Shown here: piece by piece, positions 23,212 to 36,699 of the stretch
How positions within the stretch are numbered: position 1 is the stretch's first letter
Layout: each line of letters starts with the position of its first letter
NCBI GenBank assembly: GCA_040954595.2
Contig: CM082586.2
Coordinates: forward strand, 2,609,124-2,673,123
From: Balanoglossus misakiensis
Lineage: Eukaryota > Animalia > Hemichordata
DNA length: 64,000 nt
Direction of reading: 5' to 3'
Made by a program: the position numbers and the translations under genes
The notes under the pieces: model-generated
What the model was told of the DNA's origin: nothing
Database searches by the model: none
Seen by the model: the letters and a program-made list of their open reading frames with translations, nothing else

Positions 23212-26200
23212 ATGGCTGGTGACCTGAAAAACCAACTCCTCTTGGGGAAAATCGGAGCTTCACTCCCGCCACTACGATCCAGAGTGGTTCGTATATTTAC
23301 AAGTTCGACATTTACAGGTGGGTGATAAACTTGATTTTTGTAGCACGTGATTTCGAGTTTTAGCGCATTGGGTATGAGAGGTTTTCTCTTAAATCCCCCT
23401 CCCCCCACGTGCAATGTACAAGTTGTGAACCTAAGTATATATGAAGACAAAGCGAAGCGCTTCGCAATGCCTTGGCCTTGCAACGCCCGTAACCATAGTG
23501 ACAACCTAACGAATTAAACAGTGACGATGCAAACATGGCTGCCTAGGCTGGCAGACTAGATGATATATTCACTTGTTCTTTTACGCCAATAAGCTTCACC
23601 CTAACCCGTTTAAAATTTTCGTGGTTCATTTTCGTATATGTGGTCGTTCATTTGAGACGGTGTGACATGTTTCAACCTGTAATGTGCGCGTCAAACAGCT
23701 ATACAAGGCCGTCTGACGTACGTATATCAAGTCGCCCAACAAGCCAGCCGGGTTTGCCAATCGATTGTTCACTTCAAAGAGTCGATTGTAAAGCTTTCAT
23801 TTTAATACACAAACATGACTCAAAATTTCTCTATACCTCTGATATTCAAGCATATGCAAGCTCACCAAAACGCGCGTCATCGGCGCTTGTTATAAGTCCA
23901 TAGTTTAAATATTGGCATACAATTTTGAATTTCGAATAACGTATGCACACGGGGTTTTAACTTTAAAATCCCAAATTTTATTTCAACTGAGAACTTACTC
24001 ATGTGAGATTGGCTTGCTGTGCACCAAATACGGGACAAGAGGTGCACCCGTTGCTATGGTGTACGCGTTGCTACCGTCAACGAACTGCCAAGACATTTGT
24101 TTGAAGTTGTCAGAAAACAATCATTGGGAACAAGACCTGGGGCTTATACAAACCTCCTGTCGTTCGCAAACCGCCTACGCATCCTTTGTTCAGTGCACAA
24201 AAAGCAAAATAGGTCAACTTAAGTTTTCTTTCGTTTTTATCTCATTGAATAGTTCATAGCTGTGGGAAAATAGTGTCAGGTATGTGGGGTGTGGGCGTTA
24301 CACCTTTCTACAGTTGCCGCGACCAGTGCAAAGTTACTTAGACCAAAGGAATGTGTACGCTAAACCTATCCTACTTTATACTCGGATATCATTATGATCC
24401 CACGCAAGACACGAGAGAAAATTTTGACAATCCTTATATTTGAAAATACGAGAAAAATTTGTTTCGTCGAGAAATGATCATTTTCTATTAAAATCGTCTG
24501 AACTTGGTGACACACTATACTACTTATGGAATAAAATTGATAACTCTTGTGTATAGTGTACTTAATCTGTTTCCTTTTTCTTCTTTCTTTCACTGAGACC
24601 CCTTTCTGCAAGAAATAACTTCCAAACAATTTTGAGGGGGTTTATCATCATGGTAAAACCTCGACCTACAATCACATTGTTATTTTCATATTTTTTACCG
24701 AATCGTGTTTGTACAGATACCTCAGTGGAACGCAATGCCTTGATGGAAAAAATCTATCCCAAACTGAAAGACTACTGCAAATCGAAACATGGCTTGGAAT
24801 TTCAAGTGGTGGACATGAGATGGGGAGTGCGCGATGAAGCTACGGACGATCACATGACGTCACAACTCTGCATGAATGAAATCGCAGCGTGTCAGAAGTT
24901 GTCGACTGGTCCAAATTTCGTGGTAAGTGCTCATATTTTGATTGTTTCCCAGGTCAAATATGCGAAGATTTGTCGAAGTAAACTGACATGATGTGGGCAA
25001 GAAATCTAACAGACGAACAGAGACAGAAAAAAAACGATCTGATTGACAGACGGACAGGTCGACAGACAGACAGATAACCACGAAATTTGAACCACTTGGG
25101 AAACTTCTAAAAATTCGCTCCAGAGCATGATTTGTGACGTCATAAACTTATTTTCGTTGCAGACATTCCTCTGTCAGAAGTATGGTTACCGTCCATTCCC
25201 GCCAAAGATCCCAGCGGCGGAGTTTGAAGCCATGAGACAAGTCTTAGTGGCAAACAAGCAACCAGTCGACCTCCTGGACGAATGGTTCCAAAGAGACAAC
25301 AACGCCGTCCCTCCAATTTACATACTCCAGCCGATCAGCTCCAGGCTGACCTACTTCAAAGACAACACCAATCCGGACAAGATGACCGCCGATCGCAACA
25401 GATGGTGGGAGATCTTTGAAACTCTGCAGAAGCAACTGAGAGACGCCGCAACGATATGCCAGAAGGAGAGAAAGATGTCGGAAAAACAGGCAGCGAAGTT
25501 TAAAATATCAGGTAATTATCGCGATTTAGAAGACCCGCTAAAAATTGTCTGGCACATTGTTGAATCTCAATTCTGGCCACTTGTCAGGGTTTTCCCACCT
25601 CAATCAAGTGTCACTTGTCTCACTCCATGCATGATGATCAGGATAATGATAATCATGATTATATATTTTTCAGTTACCCATGATGAAGTTGCCCATGGTA
25701 TCCTAGATGCTCCTGGAAACAAAGAAGACCACTGTGTCTGCTTTGTTCGCAAATTCAACGACTTGACTCAACAGGCCGATCACAAGGAAGCGAAGAATTT
25801 CGTCGACATCGATTGGAGCACAAGTGATGTCGACCATGCGGCGCAAGCACTTCTAACAGATCTACGAGATAGGAGGCTACCTTCGTGCCTCAAAAAATCC
25901 AACTTGATTGTTTCAAACCTGAACAACTGGTCAGAAAAAGGTGTAGATCTTGGTATCCCAGAACACAAGCAGTACCTGGAGAATTTCCTGCAGAAGTTCC
26001 ATGATACGATGGTTATGCTGATCGATCGCGCTGTCGAGAGAGACAAGGACAATGTAAGCAACGAACCCTTGCTTGAAGAAATCCTACAACATCTTACATT
26101 CTGCAAGCTGAAGTGCACAACATTTCATGGGAGAAATGATCTTCTGTCCGAAGTGAGAGGTTATATACAAGGGAGGTTCAACGGAAGCCAGGATACATCA

Positions 26201-29200
26201 GCTCCAATGATCATACATGGTGAATCTGGTAGTGGTAAAACGTCTGTCATGGCCAAAGCTGTACAACTGGCTGCAACAGAATGGTTTGGAAAAAGCAACG
26301 CTGTGGTTGTGCTGAGATTCCTGGGAACAACTCCTGCAAGTACAGGCGTACGACAACTACTGAGATCTGTGTGTAAACAGATTCTCACCATTTATGGTTA
26401 TGCCGATACCGATCTACCCGACGACTACTTCAAAGTGGTGCGGTGGTTCGCACAAGTCCTGAGGTATGCTACAAGGGCAAAGCCTCTTGTTATCTTCCTG
26501 GACTCACTCGATCAGCTCTCGCCTGCTGAGAGTGCTCACAGGCTGTCTTGGCTACCAAGGCAACTACCGCCGTACGCAGCTATTGTGGTTTCAACCCTCC
26601 CAAAGGAACACAACATTCTTGCCACTTTGCAGTACCTGTTGACACCTGGGATAGCAAAGTACACTGAAGTTCAGAGGCTGTCTGTTGAAGACAGTATGCA
26701 GATCATGAACTCATGGTTACGTGCAGAAAGAAGAACAGTTAATCCTGAACAGACACGCCTTGTGGCTGATGGAGTTCAAAAATGCAGTCTACCACTATTC
26801 CTGAAGTTGCTGTTTGATCAGGCCTACCGTTGGCAATCGTACATGCCAACATCAGAGATCAAAATAGAGGCATCTGTCAAAGGGATGATATCAGTGATAT
26901 TCGATCAACTGGAAGAATATCACGGAAAGATGTTAGTATCCCGAGCACTTGGCTACATGACGATCTCCGAGAATGGCATAGCAGAGGCTGAGCTTGAAGA
27001 TATTCTATCTCTCGATGATGATGTCCTTCAGGAAGTGTATGCATACTGGTTGCCGCCTACGAGAAGAATCCCTCCTCTGCTGTGGACTCGAATCAGAGCT
27101 GAAATCAATGACTACCTAGTGGAGAGGGAAGCTGAAGGGGCCAGAGTGATATATTGGTATCATCGACAATTCATCGAAGCTGCTAGGGAGAGGTATCTCA
27201 ATGACGAGCAAAGGGTGAAGAATATGCATAGATTATGCGCCGAGTACTTCATCGGTACATGGAGTGGGGGTAAGAAGAAACCCTGCACGTACACAAAGCA
27301 ACAGATGGAGAAATTCGGTAAGCCGCAGAATGACCAAGAAGACAGGAAGGTAGCTCCTCAGCCACTGGAGTTCAGCGGCGGACAGAAAAGGTTCAACATC
27401 AGGAAACTGGAACAGCTTCCCTTCCATGAAATCAACACCTGTGATTTAGATCACTTGAAAGAACACACACTGTGTTCCATGCCGTTCCTCCTGACGAAGC
27501 TAAGAGGGATGGGCATTGGAGAAGTGCTGCAGGATTTTGGACTGGCGCTGGCCAAGTATGAAGATGACAGCGAATTGAGGGTCTTGAGTGACACTCTTCG
27601 AGGTGGAGCATCAGCGCTGAGAGAAAACCCATTCAACTTGATCGTGGAGATTATCGGCAGACTGAAGAACTCGGTCGGGAAATTCATCCAGAAGTTGGTA
27701 GCAGAAGCAGAAAAGGCGACCACTACAACAGTCCCGTTAATACCCTACAATCAGTGTTTCCCTGCACCTGGTGGCCTGCTGCGGTCTCACCTACTCGGCC
27801 ACACAGACAGCGTCACGTGTCTGACATCCACTAAAAATGGGCGCTTTCTCGTATCCGGTTCTAAGGATCTTACAGCTATAGTTTGGGACTTGGAGAGCAG
27901 CACTATATTGCATAAGCTGTCCGGGCACCACACAAAGCCGATCAGTGAAATTGTGATAACACCAGACAACATCCTGGCATTAACATACAACTTTACAGCA
28001 GGTGAGATTAACAAGATTAATGTCAAAAAGAGTAACAGTATTACCGACAATGATACTAGTAATCTTAGACTATATCATTCATGATTTTGCCATTTGCATG
28101 GTAATGAATGCTGCTTTTTCTGTTCATCAATTCCAGAAGAGGCCAGTGACATGAGTCCTGAAATCAATGTGTGGAACATTGAGACAGGGGATTTGTTCAT
28201 CAAGCTTAATGGACACAGCGGTGACGGCGATGTACCAATGCGTGTGTCGTCAGATTCAAAATTTGTCGTCAGCACTATGAAAGTAGCGTTCCAGGAAGAC
28301 CGCTGGAGTGGGAAAGAATACAAGTACTTTATGAAGGCATGGAGTTTGGAAAATGGTAGAGAGTTATTCCGGGGTGTAGAAGCACACAAAGGTATGGTAG
28401 TGTATGCTGTGTATAAACAAAAAACAAAAAAACAATACATGTAATAAATATCATATGCAAGTTTGATCATTGGTATATCATGACTAAAAAGTGCATGAAA
28501 TTGCATCAGACTCTCATTGCATTTTACCCTTTTTTCTTTATGTACATTTAGGTGAAATAAATGATATAGTGCCTGCAAGAGCAGCCAATGGTCGCCATCT
28601 TATTGTGACATGTGGAGATAAGTCTGATCCTGCAATTAAGATATGGGATATGTTTACATGCCAACTACTGCGTGAAGTCTTGGATCGCAGAAAACGTTAC
28701 AACCACCCCAGCCTTGACCTCGAAGTATCATCGAATGGCCGCTATGTTGCGTTCCAGTTCTACCGTCACTCCATATTAGATGTCCACACGTGTGCTATAC
28801 TTGACCTCACAGATGAAGAGTCCACTGGCACATGTCTGATGAGTTTCTTAACAGACAAGGAGGTTATGTTCAAGAATGACAACGACTCGCTCAAGATATA
28901 CAACTTTGAAGAGAAGAAACTGGTGTCGACTCTCAAACTCGGCAGAGGAACTGACGTGTTCCAGTTTTCCATCACTGATGATTGCAAGACAATGATAACC
29001 ATACCCGAGAACTCTGAGAAGGCCTTGCTATGGCAGGCAAAGAACGACGTCGTAACTGGTGAGGTGGAGTTCAAAGTCATGGCTGATCTGCCCCACACTG
29101 GACTGGTGAATTCTGTCACCATTGTCGATGTACAACCATCCTTGTTTGCAGCCACCAGTTCATCAGATAATACTGTCAGGATTTGGAACATAGCAAACGT

Positions 29201-30557
29201 CAAGCAGTCGCTGAAACAGGAACTGGAAAACAAGAGGCAGGAGAACCGAGGGGATAAGGATGATGAAGCCAAGAAGCCATTCGGGTCCAGACACCCATAT
29301 CTCCGAAATCTTGTGCATAGATCAGCGATACTTGAAGATGAAAAACGCATCGCTATCATCAACAGTCTCGGCACCAAGATTTCACTCTATGATGTCACCG
29401 AAGGCAAGCTGATTGGTACCCAGAAGTGGGTTTACAAACACACCAAAGTTGTCGGTATTGATTCCACACAAGATGGAAAGAGGCTTCATGCCCTTGGCGA
29501 TAATTACCTGATGGAGTATGATACTAACACGATGGAGCCTTTGTACGAGAAACCTAAGAAGTTAGATGTTTATGGATATGGTCTCAAGGTTTCCCAGAAT
29601 GGGTCGACAAGTGCCATAATCGGTGGTAATGATTCAAGGAAGCAGTTCCTTGAAAATATCTATGTTTATGATATAGACAATCAATGGTATATGGGTGAAT
29701 ATGAACGCTCAACAATGCCCGTCGCCCTGTTCCTACTCAGTGGCGAAAGAATGCTGCTTGTCAGCTCCAATAACTTGACCATGCTGACACTGCAGTCAGC
29801 AGATCTGATCTATGACCAGAAGTTCGTGCCCGGTGACAACAGACAAGGCGATTACATCATCTGTGCTGCGGTCACAAAGAACGAACGCATGGTACTTACT
29901 GGGTGGAAAGATGGCCTGATCAGAATATTCGACGTGAAATCTGGTGCAGTCATGCGAAACTTCCAAGCTCACAGAGGACCTGAAGACAACTATGGAGTCG
30001 ACGACTACATCATCACTGAGATCAACCTATCCTCTCTTGATCAGTTCTTCGTCACAGGATCCAGTGACAAGACAGCAAGGATGTGGGACCTTGCATCGCT
30101 CAGGCCTGTACACGTTTTCCAAGGTCACGTTGACACGGTGATGATGGCGAGAATAACAGGTGACAACCAGTTTGTTCTAACAGTTGCCAGAAACGACCTG
30201 AATGTGAAAGTCTTCAGCGCAAGCAGTGGTCAACAACTCACCAATATTGTGGGGTATGCTCCCATTGACGACATCTGCATCATCCCTCGGTCGAACAAGC
30301 TCCTGATAACAACAGCAGACAGCAGAGTCATGTTCTTCAAGGTGAACCATTACATCGCCAAGAAACTCCACAAACGCCAGTCCGCGGCTCTCCCGCCTGC
30401 AAAGCAAGCAGCTCCACCAGGAAAAGGTCCTCAGCCACAACAACAAACTCCACGCCAACAGCAACATCCGGGACAACCACCTCATCCCAACCAACAGGCT
30501 TACAACGGACCTCCCGAACAAGACCAGAAGAAGTCGTCAGCTTGTGCCATCATTTGA
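23212..30557 (+). CDS. NACHT and WD40 repeat protein (NWD1/NWD2-like STAND NTPase), paralog B; 6 coding exons: 23212-23317, 24717-24922, 25163-25511, 25674-28001, 28137-28391, 28552-30557
   Basis: Exon 1 MAGDLKNQLLLGKIGASLPPLRSRVVRIFTSSTFT. Same exon structure as paralog A (exons 1-3 are 106, 206 and 349 nt in both). Walker A GESGSGKT, Walker B IFLDSLD, WD40 repeats. Ends KKSSACAII*. Confidence 0.93.
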
Positions 30558-32249
30558 GGTATTAGTAACCGATGCAAAGTACCTTGAGAACTGCATTTAG
30601 GCCCCGGATTTAGGCAAACTTCCGCGTCCAACGAAGCACGTTGTTTAGAATAAACAAGCAGCGCCCTCGCTGGTATAAGCAGAAGGACCCATACGTATAA
30701 AATTCACGATTGTTTCGGCCTAAGTCAGTATTACCTATGAATGAGAGCTCAGTTGATACATATATACGATACAACCATGAGCCAGATGTTTTTTTTTCAT
30801 GATATCTAGTTACTTAGAAATGTTGACGGGTCCCTGTATATTTTGAACTACAGCTTCTAGGCATGCCTTGACCATCAAACAACTTATCAAGATTACTGTT
30901 ACATGTATTAACAAGAAGACAATACCGCCACATAAAGCAAGATGCATGTTCCGACCATATGATATTTATTTAGTAGAGTTTACTATTAAAAGGACTAAGA
31001 ATTGTTTACTCGTTTTCATTGAAGTTGGATATCAAGTTTAAGTCTGTTTAAGGTAAACCCAAAGTAAGGAAATGGATATCCTTTTCTCTTCATGTTTGTC
31101 TTTTAAGACAACTTTAATACTTAAGACAAAAGAATGCACACATACTATCATACTATAAGCATCAATTATACACATTTATCACAGAACATTATAGGAAAAT
31201 AGTATTGAATGATTGTTTGATATCGATAACCAAGATATGGCCCAGGAGTTGCAAACAGCCAATTTCATTTAGAATTGTATGATGATGGGTACTAAATACT
31301 CGAGTCAAACTAATGATTATGAAATAAAATAGTTGACTGAAGAAACATGCCTATGTGTGTCTTGAATTGGACCAAGCTAGTATGTATGTCTGTCTGTATG
31401 TATGTCATCTTGTCAGAAGATATGCACTCCAAACATGAAACATGTTGCTGAATGAACATTTGATAACAAATGATTTCTCTGTTTTATTCAACCACAAAGA
31501 AGAACACAACAAAGATGAACATATTTCCATTATTTCTGACCTGGCATTGAGGTGTTTAACGTTTTGGAAGGAATTTGGTAACATTGTGGACTCAGACTTC
31601 AAAAGCTGCAGTACCACATTACAAAAGTTTGACTATAAAAACCAGAATATAACAGCTATTCAACGGAACTATAGAGATAATCTCGGTTACCCAGACTCCT
31701 CTGCTTCTTCCGTTGCCCTCCAGAAAGAGGGTCTGGGGTAATACCATAGAAAAATCTCCGGGCAAAGATGGCCGACTCGAGGTAAAAGCAATGCATGATG
31801 ATTGCAGCCTCAAACATAAATAAAACATGCTGAGAAGTGCTTGACCTGCTGAAACTGTGGCATTATATATATAAATATAAAAGGCTGCGACATAAAGAGT
31901 AACATGGTACCGCCAAAATGCTGACAGGTAACATTTGATATGCTTTTTTTCATAGACTGTAAATGTTGTGGTTCTTGATGCATGTGAAAGGGATCAACAG
32001 AAAAATAGACTTCATGTACTGCTTTTCAAAACAAAACTACTACACACTACATGCAACAATAAATTATATTTTTTTATAAATTCAGAATCTATATCTAAAA
32101 ATCTATGGCAAGAATGAAAATACATTGCACATTTTAAGTACACATTTACTACAAATCAGACCAAAGCAATACTTTCCCCTTAGTACAACATAGTTGGCTT
32201 TCCCTAAACAACAGCGTCTAGCTTTCCCTGAGACATTTCCCGTGCCATT

Positions 32250-35200
32250 TCACCTTGTGCCTTTTGCTTTTTTCAGCAAAGCTTCCTGTAATTGCACTGT
32301 CTTTATTTCTGGCACAACCATCTCCAAGGCGATGTCCAGCATTGTGTAGATGAAATGCCTGAAACCACAAACAAAAAAATCATGTTTATGATGTCTGCAA
32401 GATGACAAATTTGGCTTTGTCAGTCTTTGCCTTGGTCATTTTTCAAAGTTCATGACATATTTATGCATGTGTACCACCCCAAGCTGTGGATATCATCTGT
32501 CATACCTGTTTAGTCTCGGGTACTGCAAGGATTCCATTGCATCCCACAGAGCACCTCGGTAATCCTCTTCGCCAACTGCAGTCTTCAGTAAAGCTGTGAA
32601 TGACATAAGAGGACACACGTCACAAATGAATTGACTGAGGATTTCACTCAAAACTACGTGACATGGTTAAACACCAAACTCCACTATAGGGGAGCAAATT
32701 CTTTTCACTCACTGGGAAAGAAATCCACCAAGCACTGGTGAGCGTGCCTCTTTGTTTGTTGTTTCTCCTTGTCAGTTCTTGGGCCGTACACTTTCTTGTC
32801 CCATACAGCTTCTCGCAACTTGAATAAATAGTAGGCCCACTTGTCTGGTGTTGTCAGGTCACCTATCTCAAGCATCAACCAACTGAAAAGAAAACAATAT
32901 CAATTCAGAAAGGGAAGGTGGGCAGTCCACACTTTGAGTGCGTCAAATGCAAAATTTGCAAAACATTTGTAACGATCATTGGCCTTTAAATCACTCTGGT
33001 GTGAGAACTGTCAAACCTCTTACCTGTTGAATAGTTTTCCGGTGACCACTGTCAGAATTTGTTGCACTTGATCACTTACTAACCACTCATTCTCGCAGTG
33101 TTGGAAAGTCTCACAGAGTATGTGCAGGGTGAGGGTTGCCAAGGCGATCTCGTCAGTTGACAGACCTAAACCAACCAACGAATAGTAAAGATGGAGTGAT
33201 TAGATCACTTTCATCGCGATTGAGGGTAATAATTCCACCATATTGACCCGACATTTCCCATTGATTACATCATTGTCACCCCAGACTGAGGGTAATAATG
33301 CAAACCATATTGACCTACCTTTCTCCTTTGTTGCATCAGTCATATCACAGCCGTCGCCCTGTGGTCTGGGCCCTAAAACCTTCGGAGCACTATCAACTTG
33401 GTCTCTACTGAGTTGCCATGGCTGCCAGCCATTAGATGTGTAGTCAATTTCACACTGGTACATTTCCATCATGCCTTCGACTGGGGACCGGTAAAGCTGT
33501 CAAATTGACATAAAAAATGCATTTTGATCTCGATTAACATTGCTGAATAGAATTCTATATACCCTTGCAGCTGGGAAGGCCAGATATGTCTTTCACCACC
33601 ATGGTTTGGTCCAAATCAATTGTTTTCTATGGTAAACTTTAAGTCAGGCCTTTATAGGGGGAACAACGCCTAGTTTACATGTAGATGAAAAAGTCAAAAC
33701 AAACCTCAGGGAAAGCAAACATTCGCCTGTTAGTGGCTTCTTGCTCAGCCTCCGCTGCATCGCTCATGGAAAGGTCTTCTTCAGCTTTGCTCGGTTCCGG
33801 GCCCTCGCCAACGGAGACGTTGGGAAAAGCTGTTTTGAGGGTGTCGATGAATCCACTCATACTTCTCACAAACATCTGGGGAGACCAAATGGGAGACAAA
33901 GTTACTTTGAATGCATAGGGAATGTAGTTAGGCTTTTCTTTGGCTCTTGATCTGGGGAAGTCATTTTAAGTTCACGACACAACACCACAAATGGTGACTG
34001 GCTCTATACCCTTAAACACACACTGACAATGCGTAACGTCAATTTTAATAAAGTGTCAGACTAACCTTATCAAATCTGGGAACCATATTCGGCGCTTTTT
34101 TGACATACGCAATGTGCGGATCTGTGCCGTAGGCCAGAAATTCCTTCAATTCACTACTATTGTGGATGTCTTTCTTTGACAGCAGGCCCTGGTACATGAT
34201 GAAGTTAGAAAAAAACAAAAACAATCTGACATTGCAGTGTTATGGTTACAATTCCAAGAAACATTTTTAAATTCTGCCTGGCCAAACCAAACGTTCATTG
34301 TTTCAGACAATTTCCTGCGTAAAACAGAAATAGCCTGCATGACCTCAAATGACATTAAGCATTTAATCTTTTAACAGGAAACAGACATGCACGGTTCACA
34401 TGCCTTCACATTGAAAACTATGGGTTAACAGATCATAAATGATAACACAGTAATGAATACACAACTCAAATGGTCATGTACCTGTAAATAAGCTTCAAGA
34501 AAGTGTCTTCTGTGTTCTACATAGTCTTTATTCATATTTCCTACTGGTAGTGTAAACAGTCTATTTGGCTCTTTCAGATCTGTGTGCAGAAAGAACATGG
34601 AGTTACCCAGTATCAAAACATTTTCTTCTTCCAGAAGTACACTCAAGCATGTAAAACATGTGTGTTACCTCTCTCCCCTATATTTCACATGAGACTGTAC
34701 CAAATCGCACAAGTAGCTGGGCCAGTCCACAAGACAACAGGAGAGTTACTTCACTTATTTTAATCCATACCTTTCATATTTTTCTTGAGTTGTGTGTGAT
34801 CTTCTAGCCTACTGTGCAAATTGAGGAATTCTCTGTATCTTCGTTTCACTTCATGCATTTCCAGCTCGGTGGGATTTTCCGGGTCTACTGTTGAATACTT
34901 TGAGAGTAAAAAAGGGAAGTGTGCAGTTACTATGATGAACAGATAACACAGTTACCACAAATCACCCATATTTGGATTCTGAGCTATTGTACAATGAATA
35001 CCGGTTATGGAATTTATATATAAAAACAAGCAGGAATATTCACCTGAATGACATATAGAGTATATTCCTTTGTGCTTCTATATTCTGTAGCTACTGTAGT
35101 TTCTGGGATATGCAGTTCATGATATATCCTATCTTGCAATGTTTCTGGGTTTGGAATTTTCTTTCTGCCCAACACAGATGATAGAAGGCTTGGCATTTGC

Positions 35201-36699
35201 CTGGCTGGTGAGTTATCAGCACTCACAGATCTGATGACCACACTTGGCACCTCTTTTGCCATGGCGTCAGTCACAACAATGTCTTCGAAGGGAGTAGTTG
35301 GCGACTTGTTTTTCGAGTCGGTTCTGACCAGACCAGGTGGTACCTGGGTGTTTGACTGTAGACCGTCTAACGTGACGGGTACTCGCCTCGGCACATCATC
35401 CCTGCTGGGATAATTGGCCTTATCACCTCGTTCCCGGTCGAGCGGTTGGACACCAGGCTTCTGAGCACTCTCCGTCCTTCTGCTGCCGTCACTCTGACGT
35501 GCATCTCTCACATTCCCAGTGCTACCGGCGGACATAACACTGGCATTTCGGGGCACATTATCTCCCTTGTCCTTCCCTGCTGGTTTATCACAACCGTTAT
35601 CATTAACAAAGCCTGTGCTGCTTGCACCTTCACTGTGGACATCACCATCACCCCGCCTGTCTTTCGCTTTTTCACTGTATGTCATGCTTCCACTTCTGTC
35701 ACTCCGAAACAAAGGTGGACTGCTCTCAACACTATCTATATAATCTATATAATCTGCTTCTTTTGGATTTGGTCCCTCGGAAAGAATCTTAACAATAGCC
35801 CTGTACAGAAAATCTTCTTCGGTGAGTAGATTAATGACAACATAGATAACTTTATACGTGATGATTTCCTGGAGAAGTCTCCTACCAACTGTACAATCAA
35901 ACATCATTTTTGGTAGGATTACTTTTGTCAGTGCCTTGACGACACTCTGTAAGTACTGCAATTCAAACGTACTGTCCCTAGCGGCGATGTGCTCAGATGA
36001 AAATCTGAAGTACTCTTCCGCAAAATCTTTTTCTGATATTTTGGGTTGGCGTGTTTGCTTGACTGGGGCGGTGCTCAGTCCGAGCCGCGCTCTCGCCAAG
36101 TTATATGTGTGGTAGTGATTGTGGAACTGTCTCAGCACATGCTCTGCCATGTCATACTGACTGGACCTCGACAGTCTTTTCGTCAGGCTGACGGCAAGGT
36201 CCTCGAGGTGATTGAATAGTTCAGAGGTGAACTGCTCGTCCTCGCTCAGTTGACCGTACCAGGTCAAAATGAAATCTCTCATCACATTCTGTACGAACTC
36301 TTTGAGCTCAGAGTGGACAGTGATACTGTGCTTACGTGAAGTCGTCGAAGAATCGCCCTGTGGTGCATCGCCGTGGCTAACCAGAGCTGCAAGGGAGTGC
36401 CATATGTTCAAGATGTTGTCGGACTGCCACAGTTTGTTTGCACCGATGATCTTGTGGGCGGCCCATCCCCCTAGCGGCAGCGAGACCAAAAACAGAAGTA
36501 GCAGGCCCCAGTATTGCAATAGAGACATCAACACCGCCGCCAAAACAGTAACTAGTGTAACTTGCTTCCATTTTACAACCTGTGTTATTAACATTGGCGC
36601 CAACAAGACAATATTCTTTCCTTTTTCATCCATCTTCTTCTTCGGCATTGATGTTGTTCTTGAGCCACCATGTTTTGTGACCTCCCTATCTTCTTCCAT
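32250..36699 (-). CDS. SNX19: Sorting nexin of the PXA-PX-PXC (Nexin_C) family, SNX19-like, multi-exon
   Basis: N-terminal hydrophobic TM hairpin. PXA motif ELKEFVQNVMRDFILTWYGQLSEDEQF. PX motifs EYTLYVIQ, VKRRYREFLNLHSRLE and RRHFLEAYLQ. Last exon (NR)HFIYTMLDIALEMVVPE...KGTR* with stop at 32250. No RGS domain is apparent, favouring SNX19 over SNX13/14/25. Confidence 0.8.

Noticed and set aside
25512-25673. In-frame hydrophobic segment (CMMIRIMIIMIIYF) in the 985-aa ORF suggesting a TM helix
   Set aside because: It is a 162-nt GT-AG intron at the same position as paralog A's intron (19801-19682), open by chance.
30600-32240. Short ORFs between NWD paralog B and SNX19
   Set aside because: AT-rich convergent 3' UTR/intergenic sequence with no recognisable motifs or splice-consistent structure.
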